Shown here piece by piece: positions 1-8,942 of a stretch of 17,400 bases of DNA; the first letter of the stretch is position 1; each line of letters begins with the position of its first letter. Under the pieces are notes generated by a model. That model saw only the letters and a list, made by a program, of their open reading frames with translations. It made no database searches and had not been told where the DNA came from. This DNA comes from Promethearchaeota archaeon (GTDB taxonomy: Archaea > Asgardarchaeota > Lokiarchaeia > Sigyniarchaeales > SOKP01). Both the position numbers and the translations under genes were made by a program. The stretch spans positions 1 through 17,400 of the forward strand of contig JBHLLT010000043.1 in NCBI GenBank assembly GCA_048938855.1, written 5' to 3'.

Positions 1-1
1 G

Positions 2-910
2 AAAGATGAAGATGTTCCGAAATTTAATGATGCTACAATAATACTATGTGTTGATCAAAGAAAAAACGAATTTAATACTGGAGATGGTGTAAAAAATTAC
101 TGCTCAAATATTTGTTGCGGTGTAGCGTTAAAGAATGTTGAAAAATTATTGAATATAAATCCTAATGCCCACATTCATATTTTATATAGAGAATTTCAAT
201 TATCGGATTTAAATGCTGAAAATCTATGGCGCGGGCTTCGAAAAAGGGTTACATACGAGAGATATCGTTCAATTGATGATATTAAAATTAATTATGAAAA
301 AGATAAATTCCAAGTATTGTATAAGAATGTCAATGCTCAGACATATATAACATATGGCACAGATTTATTAATTTTAGCAACTCCCAAAGTTCCTGCTGAT
401 GATACCGAAAAATTAGCATCATTACTAAAGGTATCAATAAATTCAGATGGCTTTTTTCTAGAAGCTGATGCAAAACTTAGACCAATAGATTTTGCAACAG
501 AAGGTATTTTCCTATGTGGAGGAGCTCATTGGCCGAAATGGATAGGTGAAAGTTTAATACAAGCTTATGGTGCTGCAGGAAGAGCAGCAATAATTATGGT
601 TAATGGTGAAATAGAAACTGAATGTATTACTTCATATATAATTGAAGAAAAGTGTATCGGGTGTGGTAAATGTATTGAAATTTGTCCATACAATGCTATT
701 GAATTAATTGAGATTCATAAAGAAATTGGTTTATACAATAAATCTATAAGAAAAGCTCATATTATTAATGCTGTTTGCAAAGGTTGTGGGGCTTGTATTC
801 CTGAATGTTCAGTTGGAGCAATTGACCAAAATTATTTTAGTAAATTTCAAATCAGCAAAATGATTGATTTACTACCTAGTTTAGATATGGCAAATTATGA
901 ATCTGTTTGA
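2..910 (+). CDS. hdrA: Heterodisulfide reductase subunit A-like flavoprotein, C-terminal part (5'-truncated by window edge)
   Basis: Frame is open from position 2 (KDEDVPKF...ILCVDQR...NYCSNICCGVALKN), so the TTG at 149 is internal. HdrA motifs: CV...CSxxCC, GFFLEADAKLRP, GIFLCGGAHWPK, and a C-terminal 2x[4Fe-4S] domain (CIGCGKCIEICP, CKGCGACIPEC). Confidence 0.9.
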   Translation, partial: KDEDVPKFNDATIILCVDQRKNEFNTGDGVKNYCSNICCGVALKNVEKLLNINPNAHIHILYREFQLSDLNAENLWRGLRKRVTYERYRSIDDIKINYEKDKFQVLYKNVNAQTYITYGTDLLILATPKVPADDTEKLASLLKVSINSDGFFLEADAKLRPIDFATEGIFLCGGAHWPKWIGESLIQAYGAAGRAAIIMVNGEIETECITSYIIEEKCIGCGKCIEICPYNAIELIEIHKEIGLYNKSIRKAHIINAVCKGCGACIPECSVGAIDQNYFSKFQISKMIDLLPSLDMANYESV

Positions 911-947
911 TTTGGGGTGAATAAAACTGTTAAAAGTTAAAAAAAAG

Positions 948-1403
948 ATGAATCTCGAGTTTGAGCCAAATATCTTAGTTTTTTGCTGTAATTGGTGTAG
1001 TTATGCTGGTGCAGATTTAGCAGGTGTTTCTAGGTTCCAATACCCTCCAAATATTAGAATTATTAGAGTAATGTGTTCTAGTAGAGTCGAACCAACCTTT
1101 GTATTAAGAGCATTTAGCAATGGGATAGATGGAGTATTAATTATTGGATGCCATATAGGTGATTGCCATTATTTGAAAGGTTTTGAATATACTCAAAAAA
1201 GAATGATTCACTTAAAGAATTTAATAAAATATATAGGAATAGACGAAGATAGATTTCAAGTGCATTCTATTTCTGCTAGTGAAGGAAAACAATTTGCAGA
1301 ATTAATAAAAAACTTTACAAAAAAAATTATAGAATTAGGAGAATTGACAATACCAAAAATATCAGGAATATTTGAATTAGAAAGAATTTGTAAAAACAAC
1401 TAA
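948..1403 (+). CDS. mvhD: Methyl-viologen-reducing hydrogenase delta subunit (MvhD/FlpD), [2Fe-2S], Cys form
   Basis: FCCNWCSYAGAD, RVMCSSRV, GCHIGDCHY and ISASEG motifs; directly follows hdrA. Confidence 0.93.
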   Translation: MNLEFEPNILVFCCNWCSYAGADLAGVSRFQYPPNIRIIRVMCSSRVEPTFVLRAFSNGIDGVLIIGCHIGDCHYLKGFEYTQKRMIHLKNLIKYIGIDEDRFQVHSISASEGKQFAELIKNFTKKIIELGELTIPKISGIFELERICKNN

Positions 1404-1418
1404 AAAAAGAGGATTAAA

Positions 1419-2534
1419 ATGACTGAATCAACATCTCAACAATTTTTTTCAAAAGAAGTAAAAACATTTGAAGATCTAAAAAATGAAATAATAATAAGTA
1501 ATAAATGCTGTGCATGTGGTGCGTGTATAGCATATTGTGAAAGTCAAGGTTTTGATGTTATTGAGATGATAGAATATATTCCTAAGTTCAAATCAGAAAA
1601 AAGTCCTGATAATTGTACCAAATGTGGTGTATGTTATTACATTTGTCCTCAAACTAAAATATTATTAAAAGAATTAAATGATACTTATTCTATTGAAGAT
1701 AATATTGGTAATGTTATTAGAATTCTTGCTGCTAAAGCAACAAACTCTACATTAGGAAAAGTTGGGCAAGATGGGGGTGTTGTATCGGCAATTCTTATAC
1801 ATTTATTTGAAAAACATAAAATTGATGCAGCTATTGTATCGGAATTTGATGATAACTTTAAACCTATTCCAAAAATCATATATGATAAAGAAGATTTATT
1901 TAAATCAGCAGGTACACGTTATTCGATTTCTCCTCAAATATTTCCTTTAAAAAATTTATATACCATATCAAAGGAGATTCTTTTAAAAAAAGAAATATTT
2001 GAAAGTGATCAGCTAAGAATAGCATTTATAGGAACTCCTTGCCAATGTAGAGCGGTTAGCAAAATGAAATTTTTAAATGTTAAACCAGCTCATGTCATTA
2101 AATATATTATAGGGTTATTTTGTTTTGAGAATTTCATTTATTCCCAATTATATGATATTTTGAAAAGAGAAATAAAAATTGATCCTAGTAATATAAAAAA
2201 AACTTGGATAAAAAAGAATTTCTTCATTCAAACCAAAGATAATAAAAAATTTGAAGTCGATATAAAAACCTTAAATCCCGCAGTTCGAAATAACTGCCAC
2301 GAATGTGACGAATTCACGGGAAGATTTACTGATATTAGTGTGGGGGCATCTGGGGCTCCAGATGGATATTCTATGATACTAATAAGAACTGCTAATGGTG
2401 AAAATGTAATAAATAATATGCTTTCAAAAGGAGTAATTGAGCAATTTATTATCCCATTTAACAAGACTGTTGAATGGAAGAATAAAAAAATAGATTGGTT
2501 TAACAAATTAATTTCTTTAAAAAATCAAAAATAA
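1419..2534 (+). CDS. Coenzyme F420 hydrogenase/dehydrogenase beta-subunit family protein (FrhB/FdhB/FpoF-like) with N-terminal 2x[4Fe-4S] domain
   Basis: CCACGAC and CTKCGVCYYICP ferredoxin motifs; FrhB motifs QDGGVVS, SAGTRY, GTPCQ, IGLFCFENF, CxxC...DISVG; AGAGGA SD upstream. Confidence 0.88.
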   Translation: MTESTSQQFFSKEVKTFEDLKNEIIISNKCCACGACIAYCESQGFDVIEMIEYIPKFKSEKSPDNCTKCGVCYYICPQTKILLKELNDTYSIEDNIGNVIRILAAKATNSTLGKVGQDGGVVSAILIHLFEKHKIDAAIVSEFDDNFKPIPKIIYDKEDLFKSAGTRYSISPQIFPLKNLYTISKEILLKKEIFESDQLRIAFIGTPCQCRAVSKMKFLNVKPAHVIKYIIGLFCFENFIYSQLYDILKREIKIDPSNIKKTWIKKNFFIQTKDNKKFEVDIKTLNPAVRNNCHECDEFTGRFTDISVGASGAPDGYSMILIRTANGENVINNMLSKGVIEQFIIPFNKTVEWKNKKIDWFNKLISLKNQK

Positions 2535-2546
2535 AAAATTCATTTC

Positions 2547-2571
2547 ATAAGTTGTAAATAAAACAATTTAT
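2547..2571 (+). terminator. AT-rich hairpin between convergent frhB-like and hdrA genes, possible terminator
   Basis: ATAAGTTGT-aaataaa-ACAATTTAT, 9-bp stem with one G-U, 12 nt after the frhB-like stop. Confidence 0.3.
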
Positions 2572-2604
2572 AACTATAATTCTAATTATATATTTTTTAT
2601 AAGT

Positions 2605-2677
2605 ATCTGAAAACCTTTGCTATAGGTTAGTTTCCTCCCAACTAATATTTTTTTAAGAGGATCATTCTTTTTCAGAT
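2605..2677 (-). ncRNA. Structured 3'-UTR element of the Sec-HdrA; candidate (deviant) SECIS
   Basis: Outer stem AUCUGAAAA/UUUUCAGAU (2677-2669/2613-2605). AUGA (2665-2662) is followed by a 9-bp helix UCCUCUUAA/UUGGGAGGA with an A-rich loop. The 3' side has AA rather than the canonical GA. Confidence 0.4.
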
Positions 2678-4713
2678 TAAGTTTGATAAGGAGTTAAGGC
2701 TTCAATTTTTTTCCAAATAAGTTCAATGGATTCTATATATTCTTCCTTATATTCAAGTTCTGGACTGCAAATTCCTTTTATCTCTTCGACAAGTTGTTTA
2801 TCTCTATAATATTTGAGATCAATTGCTCGAGCTGGACATGAGGTTACGCAAACTCCGCATCCTTTGCATTTAATATCATCTACTTCAGCTAAATTTGCTC
2901 CATTAACTTTTATTGCTTGAAAGTTGCATAATTTTTCACATCTATGGCAACCCATACATAGATTCTCATTAATTTCAGCGATTAATAACTCTTGATTTAT
3001 TGTTTCTTTCGAGAGCAAAGTCGATGCTTTACTTGCGGCTGCTAATGCAGTTGATACTGAATAGGGAATATTTTTAGGACCAGCTGCACAGCCGCATATA
3101 TAAATTCCCAGGTTATTCGTCTCTTGAGGTTTTAGGCATCCGTGAATTTCAGTTAAAAAACCATTTATGTCCGTAGCAACACCTAAAATTTCTGCAATTT
3201 TTGCAGTACTTTTAGAGGGGACCATACCTGTAGATAATACAACTAAATCTGCATTCATGGTAATAAAGTCATTTGTTAAAGTTGAAGAAGCAGTGATTTT
3301 TATCTTATTTAGTTTTTGATCCATTCGAATATCCCCCACTTTTCCTCGTATCATTACAATCCCTGCTTCTCTCGCTTTTCTATAATATTCTTCATTTCTT
3401 TTATCCCATGTTCGCATATCTATATAAAAGATAACAATTTCCATATTTGGATATTCTTGTTTTAGCAATTGAGCATTTTTAAGTGCAACAGTGCAACATA
3501 CTCCTGAACAATATTGATTCCCTTTTAAAGATCTCGAACCTACACACTGGATCATTGCTACCGTTTTTGGGATTTGGCCATCAGAAATTCGATATACATG
3601 ACCTCCTGTCGGTCCGACGGGACTTAATAGGCGTTCTAACTCTATTTGAGTAATGACATCAGGATATATCCCATATTGATATTCGTTAGTTTTTATAATT
3701 GGATATTCATCCCAACCTGTAGCAATAATTATAACACCAACCTTTAAATTAATATATTCTGAATTTTGTTCTAAATCAATCGCCTCAGCAGGGCAAATTT
3801 TTTGACAATTTTTACATCCTATACATGCACTTTTGTCAATTAAAGCAATTTTGGGTACTGCTTGAGGAAATGGTGTGTAGATTGCCTTATGTTCACCAAT
3901 TCCTCTATTAAAACCATTAGGTATACTTATTGGACATTTTGTAGTGCATAATCCGCATCCTGTACACTTTTTTTCATTAACATAACGAGGTTTCTTACAA
4001 ATCTCAACATTATAATTTCCACATATACCACTGAATTTAGTAATTTCACTATAAGTAAACAATTTTATATTAGGGTGTTGTGAAGTACTAACCATAATAG
4101 GTGCTAAAACTCATATCGCACAATCATCAGTAGGATAAATTCGATCTAATTGTGCCATTTTTCCACCAATAGTTGGTTCTTTTTCAACTAAGTACACATT
4201 TATTCCTTGATTTGCCAAATCTAATGCTGCATTCATCCCTGCAATCCCGGCACCTACAATTAATACTGATTTTTCAACTGAAACATTTTTGTAAGGTATT
4301 ATTTCTAATTCTCTTGCACGATTGATTCCAGCTTGTATTAAACGAATTGCTTTTTTAGTAGTATTACTCTTATTTCCTGAATGAATAAATGAGCAATGTT
4401 CACGAAGATTAACCATTTGAAAGTAATTTGGATTCAATCCTGCTTGAGCTAAAACGGTTCGATATGTGGATTCATGAATTTTTGGAGTACATGCAGCAAC
4501 AACAACACGATTTAAATCTAAATCTAAAATATCGTTTTTGATAATATTTTGTCCTGGATCACTACAAGTAAAATCATTTACTTTAGCAACAATCACATTT
4601 GGAATAGCTTCAACATAATCTCTAATAAGATCACAATCGATAGAAGCACTAATATTAACTCCTCATCTACAAATATATACTCCGATTCTGACTTTGGTCT
4701 GTATCTCAGACAT
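2677..4713 (-). CDS. hdrA: Heterodisulfide reductase subunit A, selenoprotein with two predicted Sec (U17, U201), 678 aa
   Basis: ATG at 4713 with AGGTGA SD. MSEIQTKVRIGVYICR*GVNI has TGA at 4665-4663 and DRIYPTDDCAI*VLAPIMV has TGA at 4113-4111. All pieces are in one frame and both TGAs align with conserved HdrA Cys (GVYxCxCG, DCxxC). GAGIAG FAD motif, QCVGSR...CSGVCC, GPK and two ferredoxin domains are intact. Confidence 0.9.
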
Positions 4714-4758
4714 TTACTTCACCTATTTAAAATATCACCAAACTCAATTAATTTTAAT

Positions 4759-4774
4759 TTAACAAATTTGTTAA
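4759..4774. promoter_or_regulatory. Perfect 16-bp palindrome upstream of Sec-hdrA, candidate operator
   Basis: TTAACAAA|TTTGTTAA, about 45 bp upstream of the hdrA ATG in the divergent hdrA/frhB intergenic region. Confidence 0.35.
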
Positions 4775-5147
4775 TGTAAAATTTCTAAAAAATTAAAAAA
4801 GATTAAAATGCATTTTTATATCCTATTCCGTGTAGATGATGGTTTAAATTAAATTTAAAAAATATGATAAGAAAAATTTTAATCATTTTGACAAAATTTT
4901 TAGTCATTTTTTCTTATGATGTACGAAACTGATCTTTACATATCCTATATCTAACATAAGATCATAGTTTTCACTACAAATATTAGTATATTCTTGACAT
5001 CTCACTGCAATAAATGAATATAAAGAAACAGAAAAAGGATCATATTTATATAGCCTGACAACAATATTTATCATAGAGATCATTTTATTAATCAAAATAA
5101 TCATAATAATTTTTGAGATTAATCAAATAAATTGGTGATTTTTAATA

Positions 5148-6299
5148 ATGAGAATAAAAATTTTTCAAGATTTAATTAAAGAAGTACATGAATTTGGTAT
5201 TTGTCAACAATGCGGAGGCTGTGTAAGTTTTTGTAATTCGATTGAAAATGAAGTAATTGGCTTTAAGGAACCTAATTCACCCCCAGAATATATAAACAAA
5301 GACAAATGCCTTGAGTGTGGTATATGTTATTTGATTTGTCCACAAACGCATCTTTTAGATGATGATCTTAATAATACTTTTAACTTTTCAGATTTTTCAT
5401 CAATGCCTATAGGTTTTGTTGATAATATTTATTCATGTAAATCCACAGACGAAGAATTTTTGAAATTTGGGACAGATGGAGGCGTTGTTAATACAATTAT
5501 AAATTATTTAATAGAAAAGAAAATTATTGATGGAGCTATTGTAGCAAAAACAAAATCTACATTTTCGAGAGAAGCTAGCATTGCAAAGACTAAAAAAGAT
5601 TTGATAGATGCTTCAGGTACAAAACTAGATATGTCTTCACAATTAGATACCGTACAAAAATTTCATACATACGTAAGTTCACTACCTAAATTAAAATATT
5701 TTAAATCCAAAAAGTTAGCACTTGTAGGAACGCCATGCCAGATTTATACAATTCGATGTATGCAAGCTTTAGGAATAATACCATCAGATAATATAGAAAT
5801 TTGTCTTGGTCTATTTTGTTATGAGAATTTCTACTTTGATAGAACAAAATTGAAGCAATTTGAAAAACAATTTAAGGTTAAAGTAAAAGATATTAAGAGA
5901 ATAAACATTAAGGAAAATCTAATTATTGAATTGAAGGATCATGACGCATCAAAAAAACCAATTAATATCCCTTTTGAAGATTTAACTGATTACATGCGAC
6001 CTGCTTGCGGTGTTTGTAAGGATTTTACAAATATTTATGCTGATATCTCATTTGGAGGATTAGGCTCCTCAGATAAACATACCACTGTAATTACCCGAAC
6101 TAAAAAAGGAAAAGAGATAATCCGTAATGCAATTAGAACAGGGTTAATCAAGTCCTTGAGTATGGATAATAACACTAAAAATATTATGAAAGAAAAATTG
6201 ATCCATTTTTCTCAATCAAAAATAGCAAGAACAGAGCAAAATTTAATAAATAAATTCAAATCTGGGAAAATTCATTCATTGAAATCTACGAATAGTTAA
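5148..6299 (+). CDS. Second F420 hydrogenase/dehydrogenase beta-subunit family protein (FrhB/FdhB-like) with N-terminal ferredoxin domain
   Basis: CQQCGGC, CLECGICYLICP, TDGGVV, ASGTK, GTPCQ, LGLFCYENF, CGVCKDF...ADISFG; GGTGA SD; clear paralog of 1419..2534. Confidence 0.88.
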   Translation: MRIKIFQDLIKEVHEFGICQQCGGCVSFCNSIENEVIGFKEPNSPPEYINKDKCLECGICYLICPQTHLLDDDLNNTFNFSDFSSMPIGFVDNIYSCKSTDEEFLKFGTDGGVVNTIINYLIEKKIIDGAIVAKTKSTFSREASIAKTKKDLIDASGTKLDMSSQLDTVQKFHTYVSSLPKLKYFKSKKLALVGTPCQIYTIRCMQALGIIPSDNIEICLGLFCYENFYFDRTKLKQFEKQFKVKVKDIKRINIKENLIIELKDHDASKKPINIPFEDLTDYMRPACGVCKDFTNIYADISFGGLGSSDKHTTVITRTKKGKEIIRNAIRTGLIKSLSMDNNTKNIMKEKLIHFSQSKIARTEQNLINKFKSGKIHSLKSTNS

Positions 6300-6392
6300 A
6301 AATTATTGTTAAAATCCAATTTTAATTTTTTTTTTAAAAATTAATAGAGTTATAAATTATTTGAAATTGAAAGGAAAAAGAGGAATTGAATT

Positions 6393-8942
6393 ATGGATAT
6401 CTATTCCATATTATCTCATCCATTTCGAAGAAAAATCTTGCTTCTTTTGGAAAAAGAAGGATACATCCCCTATACTGATTTAATGGAAAAATTGGGTTTA
6501 GAAACAACAGGACAATTAAATTTCCATCTTAAAAGACTTGGTTCCCTTATAAATAAAGATAAAAAATCGTATTTTCTCACAGAAGACGGAAAACGTGTAT
6601 TACAAATACTAAATCTTAATAAAAGAATTTTATCAGGAGATAATATTGATGAATATTTAGATTCAAAAGGAAGTGAAATAAACAGAATTGGAGTAATTAT
6701 TTGTAATTGTAATACAGAAATTTCAAACTCGATTAATATAACAGCACTTGAAAATTATGTGAATAAACTGAGAAAGGTAGTTTCTGTAAAGATATTTAAA
6801 AATTTATGTCAACAAAAAAATTTTGACAAAATTACGCATTGGGTAAAAGACAATTTCTTAAATAAGATTGTAATTGCTGCATGTTCTCCAAGAACTCATC
6901 AAAGTCTTTTTGAACGGATTTTTGATGGAGTTATTGACCACGTCAATATAGAAATTGCAAATATTAGAGAACAGTGTTGTTGGGTTCATCAATTTGAAAC
7001 AAATCAAATAGATCCATCACTTTCATTAGAAAAAGTAAAATTATTAATAGAAGCTGCAATTGAACGTGTCAGTCTCCAAAAAAAAGTAAAAGTCAAGAGA
7101 GTTGAGATTGAGAAGAGTGCTGCGATTTTAGGAGGTGGAATCGCGGGTATAACTCTTGCCTTAAATTTAGCTCGTGCTGGAATAAAAGTTTATGTGATCG
7201 AAAAATCACCTACTTTGGGAGGTAAGGTTGCTAGGTGGGATCGAATTCATAATATGGGTGATTGCTCAATATGTTTCATTTCAGAATTAATAGGGGAGTT
7301 AGTAAATGAAAAAAATATAAAGGTGTTTACTAATACTGAAATTGAAAATGTTTCAGGAGAAGTAGGGAATTTTACACTTAATTTGATTAAAAAACCTCGA
7401 TATGTAGATATTAAGAAATGTACTGGTTGTAAACAATGTATAGAAGTATGTAGTATTGAAAAACTAAACCAATATGAATTTGGCTTAGTCAATAGAAAAA
7501 TAATCTATATCCCATTTATTCATTCTTTCCCATATGTTCCTTTAATTGATGAATCAGATATTAATAATTGTCTTAATTGTAGGATATGTGAACGTGCTTG
7601 TGCAAATAAAGCAATTGATTTATTAGAAAAGCCAGAAAAAATTGAAATTAAAGTAGGAACTAAAATTATAGCTATTGGTTCTGATCTTTATTCAGATTTA
7701 GGAGAATATTCGTATAACCCACATAATGATATAATTACTTCATCAGAATTTGAGCGAATGGTATCCTCTGATGGATTTACTGAGGGAAAAATAATAAAAA
7801 TTTCTGATAAGAAACCTCCAGACACAATTTCAATTATTCAATGTGTAGGGCCTCCTGGTTGTCAACATAAACTTCAAGATATTCTAGCATTAAAATATTT
7901 AAATTATATTGAAGTAAAAATTCCAAACTGTAAAGTTAACGTTTTTTATGATTTAAGTAAAATAAATAAAAATGATAACTTTTTACTAAGATCCACGGAT
8001 TCTAGAATACATTATTATAATAAAGTGAAAATTCTTGAAAAACACAATCAAAAGATTGTTAAAGCCGACTTAAAAGAATATCCTAGCGATTTAATTATCT
8101 TAAATCAAACACTAGTTCCAAATGAAGATTTAAAGGCATTTCGAAAAACAATGGATTTTACATTAGACGATTATGGATTTATGAGTGAGGAAACATTAGC
8201 CTCAGGAATTTATGGGGCTGGAACTATATTTGGTCCATTAGATTATAATTCCACGATATCAACTGCTAATAACACTGCGGTTAAAATTATATCACTTCTC
8301 TCTAAAGATTTTCTAATAGCAGAATTTAGTGGAATTGAAATTGATGATAATAAATGTGGTTTATGTGGATTGTGTTCTGAAATTTGTCCTTATAATGCAA
8401 TTACAATAGAATCGGATAAAATAAGTATAGATAAATTTAAATGTAAAGGCTGTGGTACATGTGTTAGTGTTTGTCCTACTACAGCGATTGATTTAAATAT
8501 TGATACTTCTGAAAAGATTTTAAAGACAATTGAAGTTTTTTCGAAATTCAGGAAACGACCAAAAATTATTGCATTTTGTTGTCGATCTTGTGGTTATGCC
8601 GCTGCTGATGATGCTGGTCTTAAAAAAATCTCCTATAATCCAAATATTTTTATTTTACGAGTTCCTTGTACTGGTCGCATTGATACTAATTTTATTATTA
8701 AATCCTTTGAATTTGGTTTTGACGGAGTAATGGTAATCGGTTGCCGTAAAAATGCTTGTCGATATATTGATGGAGTAGAAAAAGTAGAAAAAAAACTTTT
8801 GTTATTAAAAAATATTATCCCAAAGAAATATAGTGAGCGGATAATCCTTAAACATATGAATGCAGTTGAGGGCAATAAGTTTGCTGAAATAGTTAATAAA
8901 TTTTATGGTAAATTATTGGAGGAGGTTGAATTTGAAGCGTAA
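6393..8942 (+). CDS. Fusion protein: ArsR-like winged HTH + degenerate HdrA-like flavoprotein + MvhD domain
   Basis: N-terminal ~80 aa LSHPFRRKILLLL...YTDLMEKLGLETTGQLNFHLKRL...YFLTEDG (wHTH). HdrA motifs GVIICNC, AACSPRTH, NIREQCCW, GGGIAG, DCSIC and two ferredoxin domains. C-terminal MvhD motifs FCCRSCGYAAAD, RVPCTGR, GCRKNACRY, NAVEG. Confidence 0.88.
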   Translation: MDIYSILSHPFRRKILLLLEKEGYIPYTDLMEKLGLETTGQLNFHLKRLGSLINKDKKSYFLTEDGKRVLQILNLNKRILSGDNIDEYLDSKGSEINRIGVIICNCNTEISNSINITALENYVNKLRKVVSVKIFKNLCQQKNFDKITHWVKDNFLNKIVIAACSPRTHQSLFERIFDGVIDHVNIEIANIREQCCWVHQFETNQIDPSLSLEKVKLLIEAAIERVSLQKKVKVKRVEIEKSAAILGGGIAGITLALNLARAGIKVYVIEKSPTLGGKVARWDRIHNMGDCSICFISELIGELVNEKNIKVFTNTEIENVSGEVGNFTLNLIKKPRYVDIKKCTGCKQCIEVCSIEKLNQYEFGLVNRKIIYIPFIHSFPYVPLIDESDINNCLNCRICERACANKAIDLLEKPEKIEIKVGTKIIAIGSDLYSDLGEYSYNPHNDIITSSEFERMVSSDGFTEGKIIKISDKKPPDTISIIQCVGPPGCQHKLQDILALKYLNYIEVKIPNCKVNVFYDLSKINKNDNFLLRSTDSRIHYYNKVKILEKHNQKIVKADLKEYPSDLIILNQTLVPNEDLKAFRKTMDFTLDDYGFMSEETLASGIYGAGTIFGPLDYNSTISTANNTAVKIISLLSKDFLIAEFSGIEIDDNKCGLCGLCSEICPYNAITIESDKISIDKFKCKGCGTCVSVCPTTAIDLNIDTSEKILKTIEVFSKFRKRPKIIAFCCRSCGYAAADDAGLKKISYNPNIFILRVPCTGRIDTNFIIKSFEFGFDGVMVIGCRKNACRYIDGVEKVEKKLLLLKNIIPKKYSERIILKHMNAVEGNKFAEIVNKFYGKLLEEVEFEA

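Noticed and set aside
908-940. Possible Sec readthrough of the first hdrA TGA into mvhD
   Set aside because: A TAA follows within 10 codons, mvhD is in another frame and there is no Cys context.
2677-4596. Two separate ORFs or a pseudogene for the minus-strand hdrA
   Set aside because: Both interruptions are TGA at conserved Cys positions with no other decay; Sec recoding is more parsimonious.
4904-5104. 66-aa minus-strand ORF in the hdrA/frhB intergenic region
   Set aside because: No recognisable motif or SD; likely chance ORF in promoter DNA.
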